A stretch of 61,454 nucleotides of DNA, filler included. It is 5 parts of 5 records of this genome, joined end to end, with 100 filler letters (N's around TTAATTAATTAA, not from the genome) between each part and the next. Parts side by side here need not be neighbours in the genome. Positions count along the whole stretch, not along the records: positions 1 to 20,098 come from SRR31156797_11820; positions 20,199 to 26,430 come from SRR31156797_11840; 3 more parts are not named here. One strand, written 5' to 3'. The notes under the pieces are model-generated. The model was not told where the DNA came from and did not search any database. It saw nothing but the letters and a program-made list of their open reading frames with translations. Position 1 is the stretch's first letter, and every line of letters starts with the position of its first letter. Of the stretch, positions 9,822-20,441 are shown in pieces. Both the position numbers and the translations under genes were made by a program.

Positions 9822-12194
9822 ATGACAAGAAAAATAGGAATAGTTGGTTATGATTTATTTGGTACAGGAGGAACAACTCGAAGTAATACAAATCTAATCA
9901 ATGAATTTTTAGCAGATAATAAAGAAATTATCTATTTCAATTTATTACCTTTTTCTAGCCTGAAAGTGAAAAAAATAAAAAAATTATTTATTAATCCAGA
10001 CAAAATTCAATTTTATCAGTTAAAAGATTTCTCAGAGAGTCAGGAAGCAGATACGTATATCATCACTCGAGAAAGCCTTTTTGTCTTTGCAAAAATAATT
10101 AAGGAAAAATTCCCTCAAGTAAAAGTGATTGGAGAAGTCCACACACCTCTGAGTTTAATTGATCCAGAAACCGATTTTGCACCTGATGCTATTGATACAT
10201 ATCGAGTAGCAACAGAAAAGATCAAACAAACACTAAAGGATAAATTTAAAGATAATAATATTGTTGTTTTTCCAGTAAGTATTCGTCATTTGGCAAACAA
10301 GGTACAAAATAAAGATATCTCTTTGAAAAATATAAATTCGGAAGTCAATTTTTTAGTATATTCAAGATTTGATGAATCACAGAAAGATATAGCTTATAGT
10401 ATTAAGTTAATGGATTATCTAGTTCACAGAGCAGGCAAAAATCATTATAAATTATATATTAATGGAACTGGAACCGGTGAAATTTTATATAAAAACCTAA
10501 TTGAATTGTATCAATTAAGTGAGAATGTTTTCTTGAATCATAAAGTGCCTGAATATGGAATCTATTTGTCAACAGCTCGTTATGAAACTCTTGGTTATTC
10601 TATTATTGAAGCATTTATAGATGGCCTTCCAATCGTTTTATACAAAGGAGACGACAATTCACTAAAGGATATTTATCGTGACTTCAAAAGTTTTTGTTGG
10701 TTAGAGAAGAACATTATAAAAGATGCACAAGAGATTATTCATTATGTAAACGATAATTACTCTGAAAAGCTGCATTTGTTCAAACACGACATCCCTTTGG
10801 TTGAAGACTTGAGCCCCTTGGAAGATTATGGCAAGAAATATGAAGAAACAATTCTATCCGCGCCGCTAGTAAATAAGCAACGTTTCGAAGGCAAAACAGA
10901 TAATCTATATCAAATGATTTATGATCAGAATAATCTAAGTAAAGATACATTTGCTCTTAAGATTTATCTTAGATTAAAAGAGATGAGGGTTATCGGACCT
11001 GTTGTTTCTTCTGTGAAAACTAAAGAAATGTTAAAGAGATTGATGAGAAAAACAGAGGCAACTCCTACAAGTGATATACTGTTAAAGGGAAATCTGAGGG
11101 ATGATTTTGTTTTTGTAGAATCTTTTCATGGCAAATCTTTCACAGGTGATCCGAAATATCTTGCCATAGCGTTAAAGAAAAATTTTCCTGAATACACGTT
11201 TTACGTTAGCTCAGTGAATGAATTAGTTGACATGGAAATATATTCTTACGGAATGATACCGGTGCGTCTAGGCGGAAAACAATATGTCACAAAGTTTAGA
11301 AAATCAAAGTTAGTGATATTGAACGGGAATTCGTTGGATAAAGCAGGCAAAGTAGAGGGCCAGATTTTTTTAGAAACTTGGCATGGTGTTCCTCTAAAAA
11401 AAATGGTTGCAGATTTAGTTGATTTTCGTCAAAGAGAAACTGAAGTATCCGCATTTATCCCAAGAATGAAAAAATGGAATTACTTGATTACTTCTTCTCC
11501 ACGGAATTTAAAATTATTTGAAAGTGCTTTTCAATTAGAAAAAAACACGCAATTAAAAATTTTAAAAAGTGGCGCACCAAGAAATGCTTTTTTGATAAAA
11601 AATAAAGATAATACGGCATTAAAAAATAAGCTGTTAGGGAAGTATTTTAATTATAATTTCGAGTTAGGGAAAAAATATATTTTGTATTGTCCAACTTGGA
11701 GAAAACAAAAAAGAGATGCTATCAGTCAACTTGATTTTATAAAAGTTTTAAATCAGTTGCCAAATGAATATGAACTAATTGTAAAATTGCATCCTTTAGA
11801 ATCAGAGTTAATCAATTATTACAATAATTTAGACCCACGTATTCATTGTTTCTTTAATGAAATATCTGATATACAGGAATTATACTTAATAGCTGATATA
11901 TTGATTACAGATTATTCATCTGCTATGTTTGATTTTGCTCACTTAGATAAAAAAATCATTATTTTACAAGAAGATGCTGTAGATTATGAGAATAGTATAG
12001 GTTGGTATTTTGATCTAGAAAAATTAACGGGCTTAATAGGACATTCATATACAGAAGAGGAACTTGCCTGTGAAATAAAGAATAATAACGAAAAATTATA
12101 TAACCAGAAAATACTTCAGAATCTACTTTCGTGGGATGCGATTGATACCGAAAAAAATATAATAAAACAATTGATGATAAGGTGGAATAGTTAA
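9822..12194 (+). CDS. GT4-like glycosyltransferase fused to TagF-like CDP-glycerol glycerophosphotransferase
   Basis: N-terminal GT-B features (YETLGYSIIEA); C-terminal ESFHGK, TWHGVPLKKM, YCPTWR, LHP, ITDYSS. Confidence 0.82.
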   Translation: MTRKIGIVGYDLFGTGGTTRSNTNLINEFLADNKEIIYFNLLPFSSLKVKKIKKLFINPDKIQFYQLKDFSESQEADTYIITRESLFVFAKIIKEKFPQVKVIGEVHTPLSLIDPETDFAPDAIDTYRVATEKIKQTLKDKFKDNNIVVFPVSIRHLANKVQNKDISLKNINSEVNFLVYSRFDESQKDIAYSIKLMDYLVHRAGKNHYKLYINGTGTGEILYKNLIELYQLSENVFLNHKVPEYGIYLSTARYETLGYSIIEAFIDGLPIVLYKGDDNSLKDIYRDFKSFCWLEKNIIKDAQEIIHYVNDNYSEKLHLFKHDIPLVEDLSPLEDYGKKYEETILSAPLVNKQRFEGKTDNLYQMIYDQNNLSKDTFALKIYLRLKEMRVIGPVVSSVKTKEMLKRLMRKTEATPTSDILLKGNLRDDFVFVESFHGKSFTGDPKYLAIALKKNFPEYTFYVSSVNELVDMEIYSYGMIPVRLGGKQYVTKFRKSKLVILNGNSLDKAGKVEGQIFLETWHGVPLKKMVADLVDFRQRETEVSAFIPRMKKWNYLITSSPRNLKLFESAFQLEKNTQLKILKSGAPRNAFLIKNKDNTALKNKLLGKYFNYNFELGKKYILYCPTWRKQKRDAISQLDFIKVLNQLPNEYELIVKLHPLESELINYYNNLDPRIHCFFNEISDIQELYLIADILITDYSSAMFDFAHLDKKIIILQEDAVDYENSIGWYFDLEKLTGLIGHSYTEEELACEIKNNNEKLYNQKILQNLLSWDAIDTEKNIIKQLMIRWNS

Positions 12195-13138
12195 TGAAAG
12201 AGAAAATAGCAATATTATTACCATGTTACAATGAAGAAAAAACCATTGAGAAAGTTATTAAAGACTTTAAAAATGTTTTACCAGAGGCTGACATTTATGT
12301 TTATGATAATAATTCAAGCGATAATACTTTTGAAATAGCTAAAGCCGCAGGAGCAATTGTTCGAAAAGAATTTAAGCAAGGAAAAGGGAATGTAGTCCGA
12401 TCCATGTTCCGAGACATTGATGCAGATTATTACATCATGGCAGATGGGGACGATACTTATCCAGCTGAAGAAGTTTTTAAACTATTATCGCCACTTCAAG
12501 AAAAGCGCGCAGATATGACGATTGGTGACCGATTATCAAATGGGACTTATGCAGAAGAAAATAAACGTGCTTTTCATGGGTTAGGCAATAGCTTGGTCAG
12601 AAGTTTAATTAATGGATTGTATAAAGCAAACTATCAAGATATTATGACAGGGTATCGAGGATTCAACAAGTTATTTGTTAAAAGCTTTCCTGTTTTAAGC
12701 CCAGGTTTTGAGATTGAAACAGAGTTAAGCATTCATTCTTTGGATAAACGTTTTAATTTAGTAGAAGTTCCTATTGAATATCGTGATCGACCAGAAGGTA
12801 GTGAATCCAAACTAAATACTTTCACTGATGGATTTAAGGTTTTGAAAACAATATTCAATCTATTTAAAGACTATAAACCATTAATTTTCTTTTCTTGGTG
12901 GGCGTTAATCTTTTTAATTTTTGGCTTAATTGCGGGAATTCCAGTTTTAAGTGAATTTTATAGAACAGGGTTAATCGATAAATTACCATCTGCAGTGCTA
13001 GCTGTCGGACTTGTTTTAATGGCTATGTTAGCATTTGTTTGTGGACTAATCTTAGATACAGTGGCTAGAAAGTCAAGGGCTCAATACGAAATGGATGTCT
13101 ATCGTCTGTTATTTGAGTTAAAGAGGGAAGGGAAATAA
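12194..13138 (+). CDS. GT2 undecaprenyl-phosphate glycosyltransferase (GtrB/DPM-like)
   Basis: LPCYNEE, DNNSSD, DGDDTY, GFEIETE and two C-terminal TM helices. Confidence 0.88.
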   Translation: MKEKIAILLPCYNEEKTIEKVIKDFKNVLPEADIYVYDNNSSDNTFEIAKAAGAIVRKEFKQGKGNVVRSMFRDIDADYYIMADGDDTYPAEEVFKLLSPLQEKRADMTIGDRLSNGTYAEENKRAFHGLGNSLVRSLINGLYKANYQDIMTGYRGFNKLFVKSFPVLSPGFEIETELSIHSLDKRFNLVEVPIEYRDRPEGSESKLNTFTDGFKVLKTIFNLFKDYKPLIFFSWWALIFLIFGLIAGIPVLSEFYRTGLIDKLPSAVLAVGLVLMAMLAFVCGLILDTVARKSRAQYEMDVYRLLFELKREGK

Positions 13139-14914
13139 TTGCTAAACAGGACCTATATTAAGTATTTCTTCTGGATGACAGCATCGGTATTATTCAGCAT
13201 GATGCTTTTCCAAGATATAAAAGTAATAATTGGAATGTCTGTAATTAATTTTATTCTATTGTTTTTTTTAAGTGATAGTGTAAAAAAAAGACCCTATAGT
13301 AGGTTGACCAATTTTTTTATATCTTTTCTATTTGCAACGATCATGGGAATTAGTTTAATACCTTCAGAAATATTGACAACATTTAATCTAATATTTAGTA
13401 TGCAAGGAATCTATTTATTGGGTACATTTGCTTATTTTCTTTGCTTTTTTTCCGCTTTACAAGATTACTTATTAATTTCTTCCCAAGAAAATTCTAAAAG
13501 AAAAGTCACATCCTTTTGGGTATATACTTTAGCTTTTTTTCTTATGTCAAGTATTTATTTATATGCATATTATCCAGGAATATTTTTCCCGGATTCTATC
13601 AATCAATGGGATCAAATCCAGACAAGTAATGTACCATGGAATGATTGGCATCCAGTGGGGCACACATTTGTTATTATGGCTACTTCGTTAGGAAAATATC
13701 CAATAGGATTTATAGTATTCCAAATTGTTATTTATAGTTTGATTATGGCATATTTTTGTGATTTTATTAGAGAGTTTGTGGGAAGTAAATTTGCGACGAT
13801 ATCTTGTATCTTTTTTATAGCTATACCGATCTTTCCGTTAGCTAGTATATATATAGTTAAAGACTCTCTATTTACTTATACACTTTTATTAGTTACCTTA
13901 TACTTGGTAAGAATCATTATAAGCCAAGGAAAATGGCTAAATAAAATCTCAAATCTAGCTCTACTGTATTTTACTTTATTAGGATTTGTTTTTTTTAGAC
14001 ATAATGGATGGCCGGCATTGCTTGTATCTACATTAGTATTTGCAGTATTTTTATTTAGAAAAAAATTTATTAAATTATTCCTCGTAATCGGATTAGTTGT
14101 TTTTAGCTATCAAGTTATTACGGGTCCTATTTATAATCACTTCAACGTTATTAGAAGTGATTCAACTGAATCTTTAGGAATTTTTGTTCAAATTTCCGCT
14201 GCTATTATCAAGTATGACGGGACTATATCTAAAGAGGAAATGACATATTTGGAAACATTGATGCCAAAAGAGGATTGGAAGAACCTATACCAACCGAATA
14301 ATGTTGATAATATAAAATTTAAAGAACGATTTAAAAAGCAAGTAATAAAGGATGATCCTAAAAAATTTTTAGAAACAGTTCTTGGTCTCATAATTAGAAA
14401 TCCTGGCTTAACATTAGAAGCATATATGAAGCAAACCGAAATTTTATGGCACGCAAACTTTTCTTTAGAACTGGATAATTTACGACCAATCTTTAGAAAC
14501 CAGTTAAGCGGTCAACAAGGTCCTTTTTTCTTTATGACTAGAGAACAGAGAGAGGAAATTGATCCGGATTACGAAGGGTTAAATTTAGATGAAATAACTA
14601 AAGGGAATAACCGTGTAAGAAACCAATTGCTCGAGTTACAAAATTGGATTCTAAAAAGTAGACTTTATGTTTTATTAATGCCAGCTCTTTACTTTATTTT
14701 GTTTCTTTTTTCAATGGTTATGCTTATTGTCAAAAATAAAACAAAACTAATAATTGCTTTTATGCCGTATGTATTAGTAATGGGTACAATTTTTGTTGCA
14801 ATTCCTGCGCAAGATATTAGATATGCATTGCCTAATATATTTATCGGGATTTTGGGGCTGGCTACTGTAAAGGGACGATTCTCAGAAAGGGTGTCCGAAA
14901 ATGCAGAAAACTAG
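13139..14914 (+). CDS. Multi-pass membrane protein, DUF6020-like (probable GT-C fold)
   Basis: YYPGIFFPDSINQW, NDWHP, KD, FRHNG and DIRY motifs; many TM helices; follows the GtrB-like gene. Confidence 0.65.
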   Translation: MLNRTYIKYFFWMTASVLFSMMLFQDIKVIIGMSVINFILLFFLSDSVKKRPYSRLTNFFISFLFATIMGISLIPSEILTTFNLIFSMQGIYLLGTFAYFLCFFSALQDYLLISSQENSKRKVTSFWVYTLAFFLMSSIYLYAYYPGIFFPDSINQWDQIQTSNVPWNDWHPVGHTFVIMATSLGKYPIGFIVFQIVIYSLIMAYFCDFIREFVGSKFATISCIFFIAIPIFPLASIYIVKDSLFTYTLLLVTLYLVRIIISQGKWLNKISNLALLYFTLLGFVFFRHNGWPALLVSTLVFAVFLFRKKFIKLFLVIGLVVFSYQVITGPIYNHFNVIRSDSTESLGIFVQISAAIIKYDGTISKEEMTYLETLMPKEDWKNLYQPNNVDNIKFKERFKKQVIKDDPKKFLETVLGLIIRNPGLTLEAYMKQTEILWHANFSLELDNLRPIFRNQLSGQQGPFFFMTREQREEIDPDYEGLNLDEITKGNNRVRNQLLELQNWILKSRLYVLLMPALYFILFLFSMVMLIVKNKTKLIIAFMPYVLVMGTIFVAIPAQDIRYALPNIFIGILGLATVKGRFSERVSENAEN

Positions 14915-16028
14915 CCAACGTGTAGGAAGTTTTGATGTGTTGAAAATATTGGCAATTCTGGCTATCATAGTCCACCACTACGCGTTGTGGTCAGGATGGG
15001 ATTTTTCCTCGGGTTTTCAGTTGAACAAATTAGCAGCTCAGACCTTATTAATCGGAGGAAAACTTGGAGTAAATATTTTTGTAATGATTACTGGATATTT
15101 TCTAATTTCTTCCATTCCTAAAATTAGAAGCTTATTTCAAGTTTGGGTAGAAACAACTTTAATTTCGCTAATTATCTATTTCTTTTTAGTTTTTAATCCA
15201 GATATTGGTTTTCATTTTGAATGGAAAGAGTTTATTTTCAGACTATTCCCAGTTGTTTTTGGGAAGTATTGGTTTGTTACCTCTTATACATTAATGTATT
15301 TTTGTATTCCCGCTATAAACAAATTAATGGTAAGTACGGATATAAAAAAAATAAAACAAGTTTTGATATTTTCTTTTATTATTTTTAGTCCATATACGTT
15401 TATTTATTATAATAAAGGATTAAATTTCTCTCATCCAGTCTGGTTTCTTTTTTTATATGCCATCGGTGCTTATATAAAATTGAACGAGAAAAATATTAAG
15501 AAAATTAAAATGATTCCTTTATTTACAATGAATATTTTGATGTTGGTTATAGGGATTGGAATTAATATTAGTTTGCAGATTATTTTTGCAAACAAGGATA
15601 GTTTTTTTGGAAATGTTTTTACTGCTTTGGGATGGAATGAGACAATTTTTTATACACGTGATTCTAGCCCGTATTTATTGATATTTGCAGTGCTTATCTT
15701 TGTATTTTTCCTAAAATTACAAATTAGACCACGAAAGATATATTCATTTGTCGCAAGAGCTTCTTTTGGAGTTTATTTGATCCAGAGTAGCCAATGGTTT
15801 AGCACTGAGTATTTGTGGCCTATACTTGTGAACGGCAGTCAATTTGATTCGGGTAAAAATATTGTGTTGTATGGATTTTTCATTTCTATACTTATATTCC
15901 TTACGGGAATTGTCATCTATATCGTTTTATTACCTGTAATAAATGTGGTGATGCATTTATTTTCTACAACACTTCATCATCTTCAAGAAAAAGTATTTGG
16001 TACAAAGGAGAAAAAAAATGGATTTTAA
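14901..16028 (+). CDS. Acyltransferase-3 family membrane O-acyltransferase
   Basis: DVLKILAILAIIVHH, GVNIFVMITGYF, YWFV, SFGVYLIQ; about 10 TM helices. Confidence 0.85.
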   Translation: MQKTSQRVGSFDVLKILAILAIIVHHYALWSGWDFSSGFQLNKLAAQTLLIGGKLGVNIFVMITGYFLISSIPKIRSLFQVWVETTLISLIIYFFLVFNPDIGFHFEWKEFIFRLFPVVFGKYWFVTSYTLMYFCIPAINKLMVSTDIKKIKQVLIFSFIIFSPYTFIYYNKGLNFSHPVWFLFLYAIGAYIKLNEKNIKKIKMIPLFTMNILMLVIGIGINISLQIIFANKDSFFGNVFTALGWNETIFYTRDSSPYLLIFAVLIFVFFLKLQIRPRKIYSFVARASFGVYLIQSSQWFSTEYLWPILVNGSQFDSGKNIVLYGFFISILIFLTGIVIYIVLLPVINVVMHLFSTTLHHLQEKVFGTKEKKNGF

Positions 16029-18498
16029 AGGCATACTTAAAAACTTCAGTAGGAATATGCTAAATGAAGAATTCTCGAGAAGAACTCAGTTCACTAAAAA
16101 TTACATTAGAAACAAGGTGAAAAGCAATATTGTTTTTTATGAGTCTTTTCATGGAAAAGCAATGAATGATAATCCATTTGCAATATTTAAATATTTAGTA
16201 AATAGTAATGAGTATGATCATTTAATTCATGTGTGGTCTTTGAACGATGTTACAGATAATGAATACGTAAAATATTACAGTAAGTTTAAAAATGTCAAAT
16301 TTGTAACACCTTATACGAAGGATTACTATTACTATTTAACGGTAGCAAAATATATCTACAGTAATGTTACTTTGCCTCCTTATTACATCAAAAACGAAGG
16401 CCAAGTATATGTAAATACTTGGCATGGAACTCCCTTAAAAACATTAGGAAATGAAATGGCTGGTAATGTTGCTCAGAACTACAATGTTCAAAGAAATTTT
16501 TTGCAAAGTGATTTTTTACTATCCCCAAATACGTTTACTACAGAAAAAATGGTTTACTCCTATGATATCGATGGCATTTACAAAGGAAAAGTGTTAGAAA
16601 ATGGGTATCCCAGAATAGATAGCATTTTCAGCAACAGTGAAGTTGTAAAAAATTTTCTAGAAAAAAATAACATTGATCTAAATAAAGAGTTAGTTTTATA
16701 TGCGCCGACTTGGAGAGGAATTACTGGTCGAGTACAAGATACAACTACGGATATGGTTGAACGATTGAACGCGATCTCTCAGGGGATTTCTGGAAGTAAT
16801 AAACAGTTTATTGTTAAAGTACATCCTTTAGTTTATCAATTTATAAAAGAGATTCCCTTAGATGATATCTTTCTAGTACCAGATTGGATCGATGCCAATG
16901 AATTACTTCACTTTGTAGATATTTTGATTACTGATTACAGTAGTATTTTCTTTGATTACTTGGTTACAGATAAACCAATTTTGTTTTATATGTATGATAA
17001 AGAAGAATATGAGCACTCAAGAGGTCTATATTTCGATTTAAATGAAATGCCTGGAGAAATTTGTACTACAACGAAAAAATTAGTGGATTCTATTTTGTCG
17101 GCAGATAATGAAAAATTTCATGCTAATCCGAATGTAACTATTTTTAAGGAAAAATATATTTCTCACGAGGACGGTCACGTAACAGAGAAGTATATAAACT
17201 TTATAATGAACGGGAATAAGGCTGTTAATGTTCGCTCTTTTGATAATCACAAACCGAATGTTGTTGTATATGGCGGAGGGCTATTAAATAATGGGATTAC
17301 CTCTTCTTTAATTAATCTAAGCAAAAATTTTGATTATGATAAGTACAATCTTATCATTGTTGATAAAAACAAGGTTAACCAAGAATTTGAGGCAAATATT
17401 GGTAGATTATCGGAGAAAGCACATGTTGTCTATAGAAATAATGGGTTAAGCCTTACTTATTCAGAGTGGATTAAGTATAATAGATTATTTAACCGTTCTT
17501 CTGTAGAAGATATCAAAACACATCAGGTATTTGTAGCTAGAGAATGGAAACGGCTTTTGGGGAACACTCAAGTTGATAGAGCTATTGATTTTGGCGGATA
17601 CGCTCCGTTCTGGTCATATATGATGGCATTTTCTAAAGCGAAAAGAAAAATTATTTATCAGCATAATGACATGCAAGCAGAGTTTGATAAAGTTGTAGAA
17701 GGTCGATACGTTCATAAGAAAAATTTAACCACTATTTTCGAATTCTATAAATACTTTGATTATATTGCATCCGTTGGTAAACTTACAATGGAACAGAACA
17801 AAAAAAATCTTTCGAAATTTGTTTCAAATGACAAATTTGTTTATGTTCCAAATTTATTGGATAAGGAATACCTTTTCGATCATCGAAATAATCCCCAACT
17901 ATCAATCAAAGAGATTCTAGGGGAAGAAAAGTTAATTATTGAAGAAGCTAGTGAGTTTGGAAGAAATATGTTAGTGGGAGTGACTGCTCCTACTAAGAAT
18001 GCCAAAAACTTTGTGACAATTGGTCGGTTATCACCTGAAAAAGATCAAGAAAAACTATTGTTTGCTTTTAAAGAAATTATGATGCAATCAAATGATCAGC
18101 ACCAGCTTTATATTATTGGTTCTGGAAAAGAAGAGAAAAAACTTAAGACCACAGCATATGTATTAGGCTTAGAAAAAAATGTTATTTTTGTAGGGCAAAC
18201 TGTACATGCAATGGAGATACTAGATAAGTGTGATTTATTCGTCTTTCCTTCAAATCACGAAGGACAACCAATGACTTTGCTAGAATGTCTAGCACTTCAA
18301 ATTCCAGTTGTTGCAACGGATATTCCAGGAAATATTTCTGTTTTGGAAGATCAAAATGGAATGATAGTGGACAATAGTGTTGAGGGGCTGGTGGGCGGTA
18401 TGAATCGCTATTTGGCTGGAGAAAAAATTCCTTCATCATTAAATGTGGATCAATACAATCAAGACGCATTAAATCGCTTCTATGCATTGATTGAATAG
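16018..18498 (+). CDS. TagF-like glycerophosphotransferase with C-terminal GT4 domain
   Basis: YESFHGK, TWHGTPLK, YAPTWR, ITDYSSIFFDY; C-terminal IGRLSPEKDQ and EGQPMTLLE; ATG 16018 behind AAGGAG. Confidence 0.87.
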   Translation: MDFKGILKNFSRNMLNEEFSRRTQFTKNYIRNKVKSNIVFYESFHGKAMNDNPFAIFKYLVNSNEYDHLIHVWSLNDVTDNEYVKYYSKFKNVKFVTPYTKDYYYYLTVAKYIYSNVTLPPYYIKNEGQVYVNTWHGTPLKTLGNEMAGNVAQNYNVQRNFLQSDFLLSPNTFTTEKMVYSYDIDGIYKGKVLENGYPRIDSIFSNSEVVKNFLEKNNIDLNKELVLYAPTWRGITGRVQDTTTDMVERLNAISQGISGSNKQFIVKVHPLVYQFIKEIPLDDIFLVPDWIDANELLHFVDILITDYSSIFFDYLVTDKPILFYMYDKEEYEHSRGLYFDLNEMPGEICTTTKKLVDSILSADNEKFHANPNVTIFKEKYISHEDGHVTEKYINFIMNGNKAVNVRSFDNHKPNVVVYGGGLLNNGITSSLINLSKNFDYDKYNLIIVDKNKVNQEFEANIGRLSEKAHVVYRNNGLSLTYSEWIKYNRLFNRSSVEDIKTHQVFVAREWKRLLGNTQVDRAIDFGGYAPFWSYMMAFSKAKRKIIYQHNDMQAEFDKVVEGRYVHKKNLTTIFEFYKYFDYIASVGKLTMEQNKKNLSKFVSNDKFVYVPNLLDKEYLFDHRNNPQLSIKEILGEEKLIIEEASEFGRNMLVGVTAPTKNAKNFVTIGRLSPEKDQEKLLFAFKEIMMQSNDQHQLYIIGSGKEEKKLKTTAYVLGLEKNVIFVGQTVHAMEILDKCDLFVFPSNHEGQPMTLLECLALQIPVVATDIPGNISVLEDQNGMIVDNSVEGLVGGMNRYLAGEKIPSSLNVDQYNQDALNRFYALIE

Positions 18499-18583
18499 AA
18501 TAATACTCATAAATCACTGATTGGTATAACTAACTATGTAACAGCATATACTAAGTAGTATGGTATGTATAACTACTGAATTT

Positions 18584-18625
18584 AACCTGAGACAGAATAG
18601 AGTTTTTCTGTCTTAGGTTTTTTTT
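18584..18625 (+). terminator. Intrinsic terminator of the teichoic acid locus
   Basis: AACCTGAGACAGAA/TTCTGTCTTAGGTT stem plus T-tract. Confidence 0.8.
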
Positions 18626-18700
18626 ATGTAGAGTTGTTTGAAAGAGTGTTCATTAAATTACCAATTTGAAAGGAATTTAGAAATAAAATCCCAGACAGTC

Positions 18701-18747
18701 ATAGATTGCAGATGAATTTATATAAAATAAATTCATCTGCAATCTAT
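18701..18747. repeat. Perfect 21-bp inverted repeat with 5-nt loop
   Basis: ATAGATTGCAGATGAATTTAT-ataaa-ATAAATTCATCTGCAATCTAT. Confidence 0.95.
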
Positions 18748-18833
18748 AGCCTTGATTTGTTTTATGGTACAATTTAAAAAGTAAGCATCTAATAGGATTA
18801 TCAAATTTAGTTTTAATTATTCAAGGAGGTATT

Positions 18834-20098
18834 ATGAAAAAAGTACTTATAAAATTACTAAAAGTATGTATGTTCGTAGCTATACTAATGCTCCCTACTA
18901 ATGCTCATGCGGATGATATATTTGACTCAAATATTCTTAATGATGAAATCACTGCATTATTAAGGAGTCAGAGAAACTCGCAGATTATTAGTAAAAACTA
19001 CCCATTTCTTAAAATTCAAAAAGACTATTCTGGTAATTTTGATAAGATGAACTATCAAGATGGATATGCTTTGCCTACTGGTGTTGTCATACATGAAACT
19101 GCAAATTCAAACTCTACAATCCAAAATGAGATTGCATATATGAAAAGAAATTGGCAAAATGCTTTTGTGCATGCTTTTGTTGATCATAATAATATTATTG
19201 AAATCCATCCTACAGACTATTACAGTTGGGGGGCCGGTCGACAAGCTAATCCCAAATTTATTCAAATAGAATTGGTGCGAGTTTCTAGTTCAAATTTTGA
19301 TCGATCTGTATATAACGACGCTTTTTATACAGCATATATGTTAAAAAAATATAATTTGTTTCCAGATAATGCTCATAGTGATGGGAAAGGAACTGTTTGG
19401 AGTCACGATGCAGTTACTAGGTTTTTAGGAGGAACGGATCATACTGATCCTGTGGGATACTTTAGTGCAAATAATTATTCAATGTATGATTTCTATGAAT
19501 TAGTTGTTTATATATATAACAAGATTGGTGGGTCTGTTGCTACGAAGATAGAAAATATAAATAACGATGCTTTAGTGACTGGTACCGGGTACATTTTTTC
19601 TGAACCTCAAGGTAATATTGATTCTAAAATAACTGGGAATATTAGCAGTTATGCTAATAAAAAATTAAATGCAATTCGAGAAGTTACTATGCCAGGCAAC
19701 AGTAAATATTATTTAGTTAAAGAGGGATCTAATTATTTAGGCTGGGTAGCTGAAAAGAATATAAAATTATATGGCAAAGTATTATCGAGTAAAACATTAG
19801 ATAACGATGCTACAATAAAAGATCTTAAATATTCGGGCATCTATAATGTTCCTTGGAATACGCCTGGTTATACAAAAATTGGCGATCTATCAAATTATAA
19901 TGGTCAAAAATTAACAGTGATTGAAGAAGCATCGACTGCGACAGATAAGTACTATAAATTTAAAGACTCAAATGGGACGATTGTTGGCTGGGTTGATTAT
20001 AGAACCCTTACTTTATATGACAAAATTCTTTCTAGTAAGACTTTGGACCAATATAGCAAAGTACAAGTAACCAAGTATGATGGTATTTATGCAGGCCC
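18834..20098 (+). CDS. N-acetylmuramoyl-L-alanine amidase (Amidase_2) with GW repeats, 3' truncated
   Basis: Signal peptide; HETAN, HAFVD, QIEL, SHDAV, DHTDP motifs; GW modules (YLGWV, IVGWV); runs into the spacer. Confidence 0.9.
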
Positions 20099-20198
20099 NN
20101 NNNNNNNNNNNNNNNNNNNNNNNNNNNNNNNNNNNNNNNNNNTTAATTAATTAANNNNNNNNNNNNNNNNNNNNNNNNNNNNNNNNNNNNNNNNNNNN
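20099..20198. other. Artificial contig spacer
   Basis: N44-TTAATTAATTAA-N44 (stops in all frames); abrupt GC shift across it. Confidence 0.98.
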
Positions 20199-20261
20199 GC
20201 CGAGGAATTGGGCGGATACGACGTTTCCGGTATCGGCCGCATCGTCTGGAACGGCGCGTAA
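20199..20261 (+). CDS. C-terminus of probable PBP_like (molybdate-binding-like) domain protein
   Basis: Manual translation AEELGGYDVSGIGRIVWNGA*; LGGYD...G resembles PBP_like C-termini; only 20 aa visible. Confidence 0.5.
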   Translation, partial: AEELGGYDVSGIGRIVWNGA

Positions 20262-20441
20262 TCGGCGCAGTTTTGGCTTCCTGGACGAAAAATCGCCGTC
20301 ACATTTGCTTGAGGTCGGTCAACCAAGGGTGGCTTTGCGGATTTGCGGTCCACATATTCCTCTTTGCGATTGAACACTATTCTTTCATTGATTTGAGCAT
20401 TCCGGATGGACGGTTTGGCCGAAGTCCGGGGCAGGGGAAAA

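Noticed and set aside
20262..20441. Riboswitch or ECF promoter upstream of the symporter
   Set aside because: No recognisable aptamer; a GTCACA -35-like motif lacks a properly spaced -10
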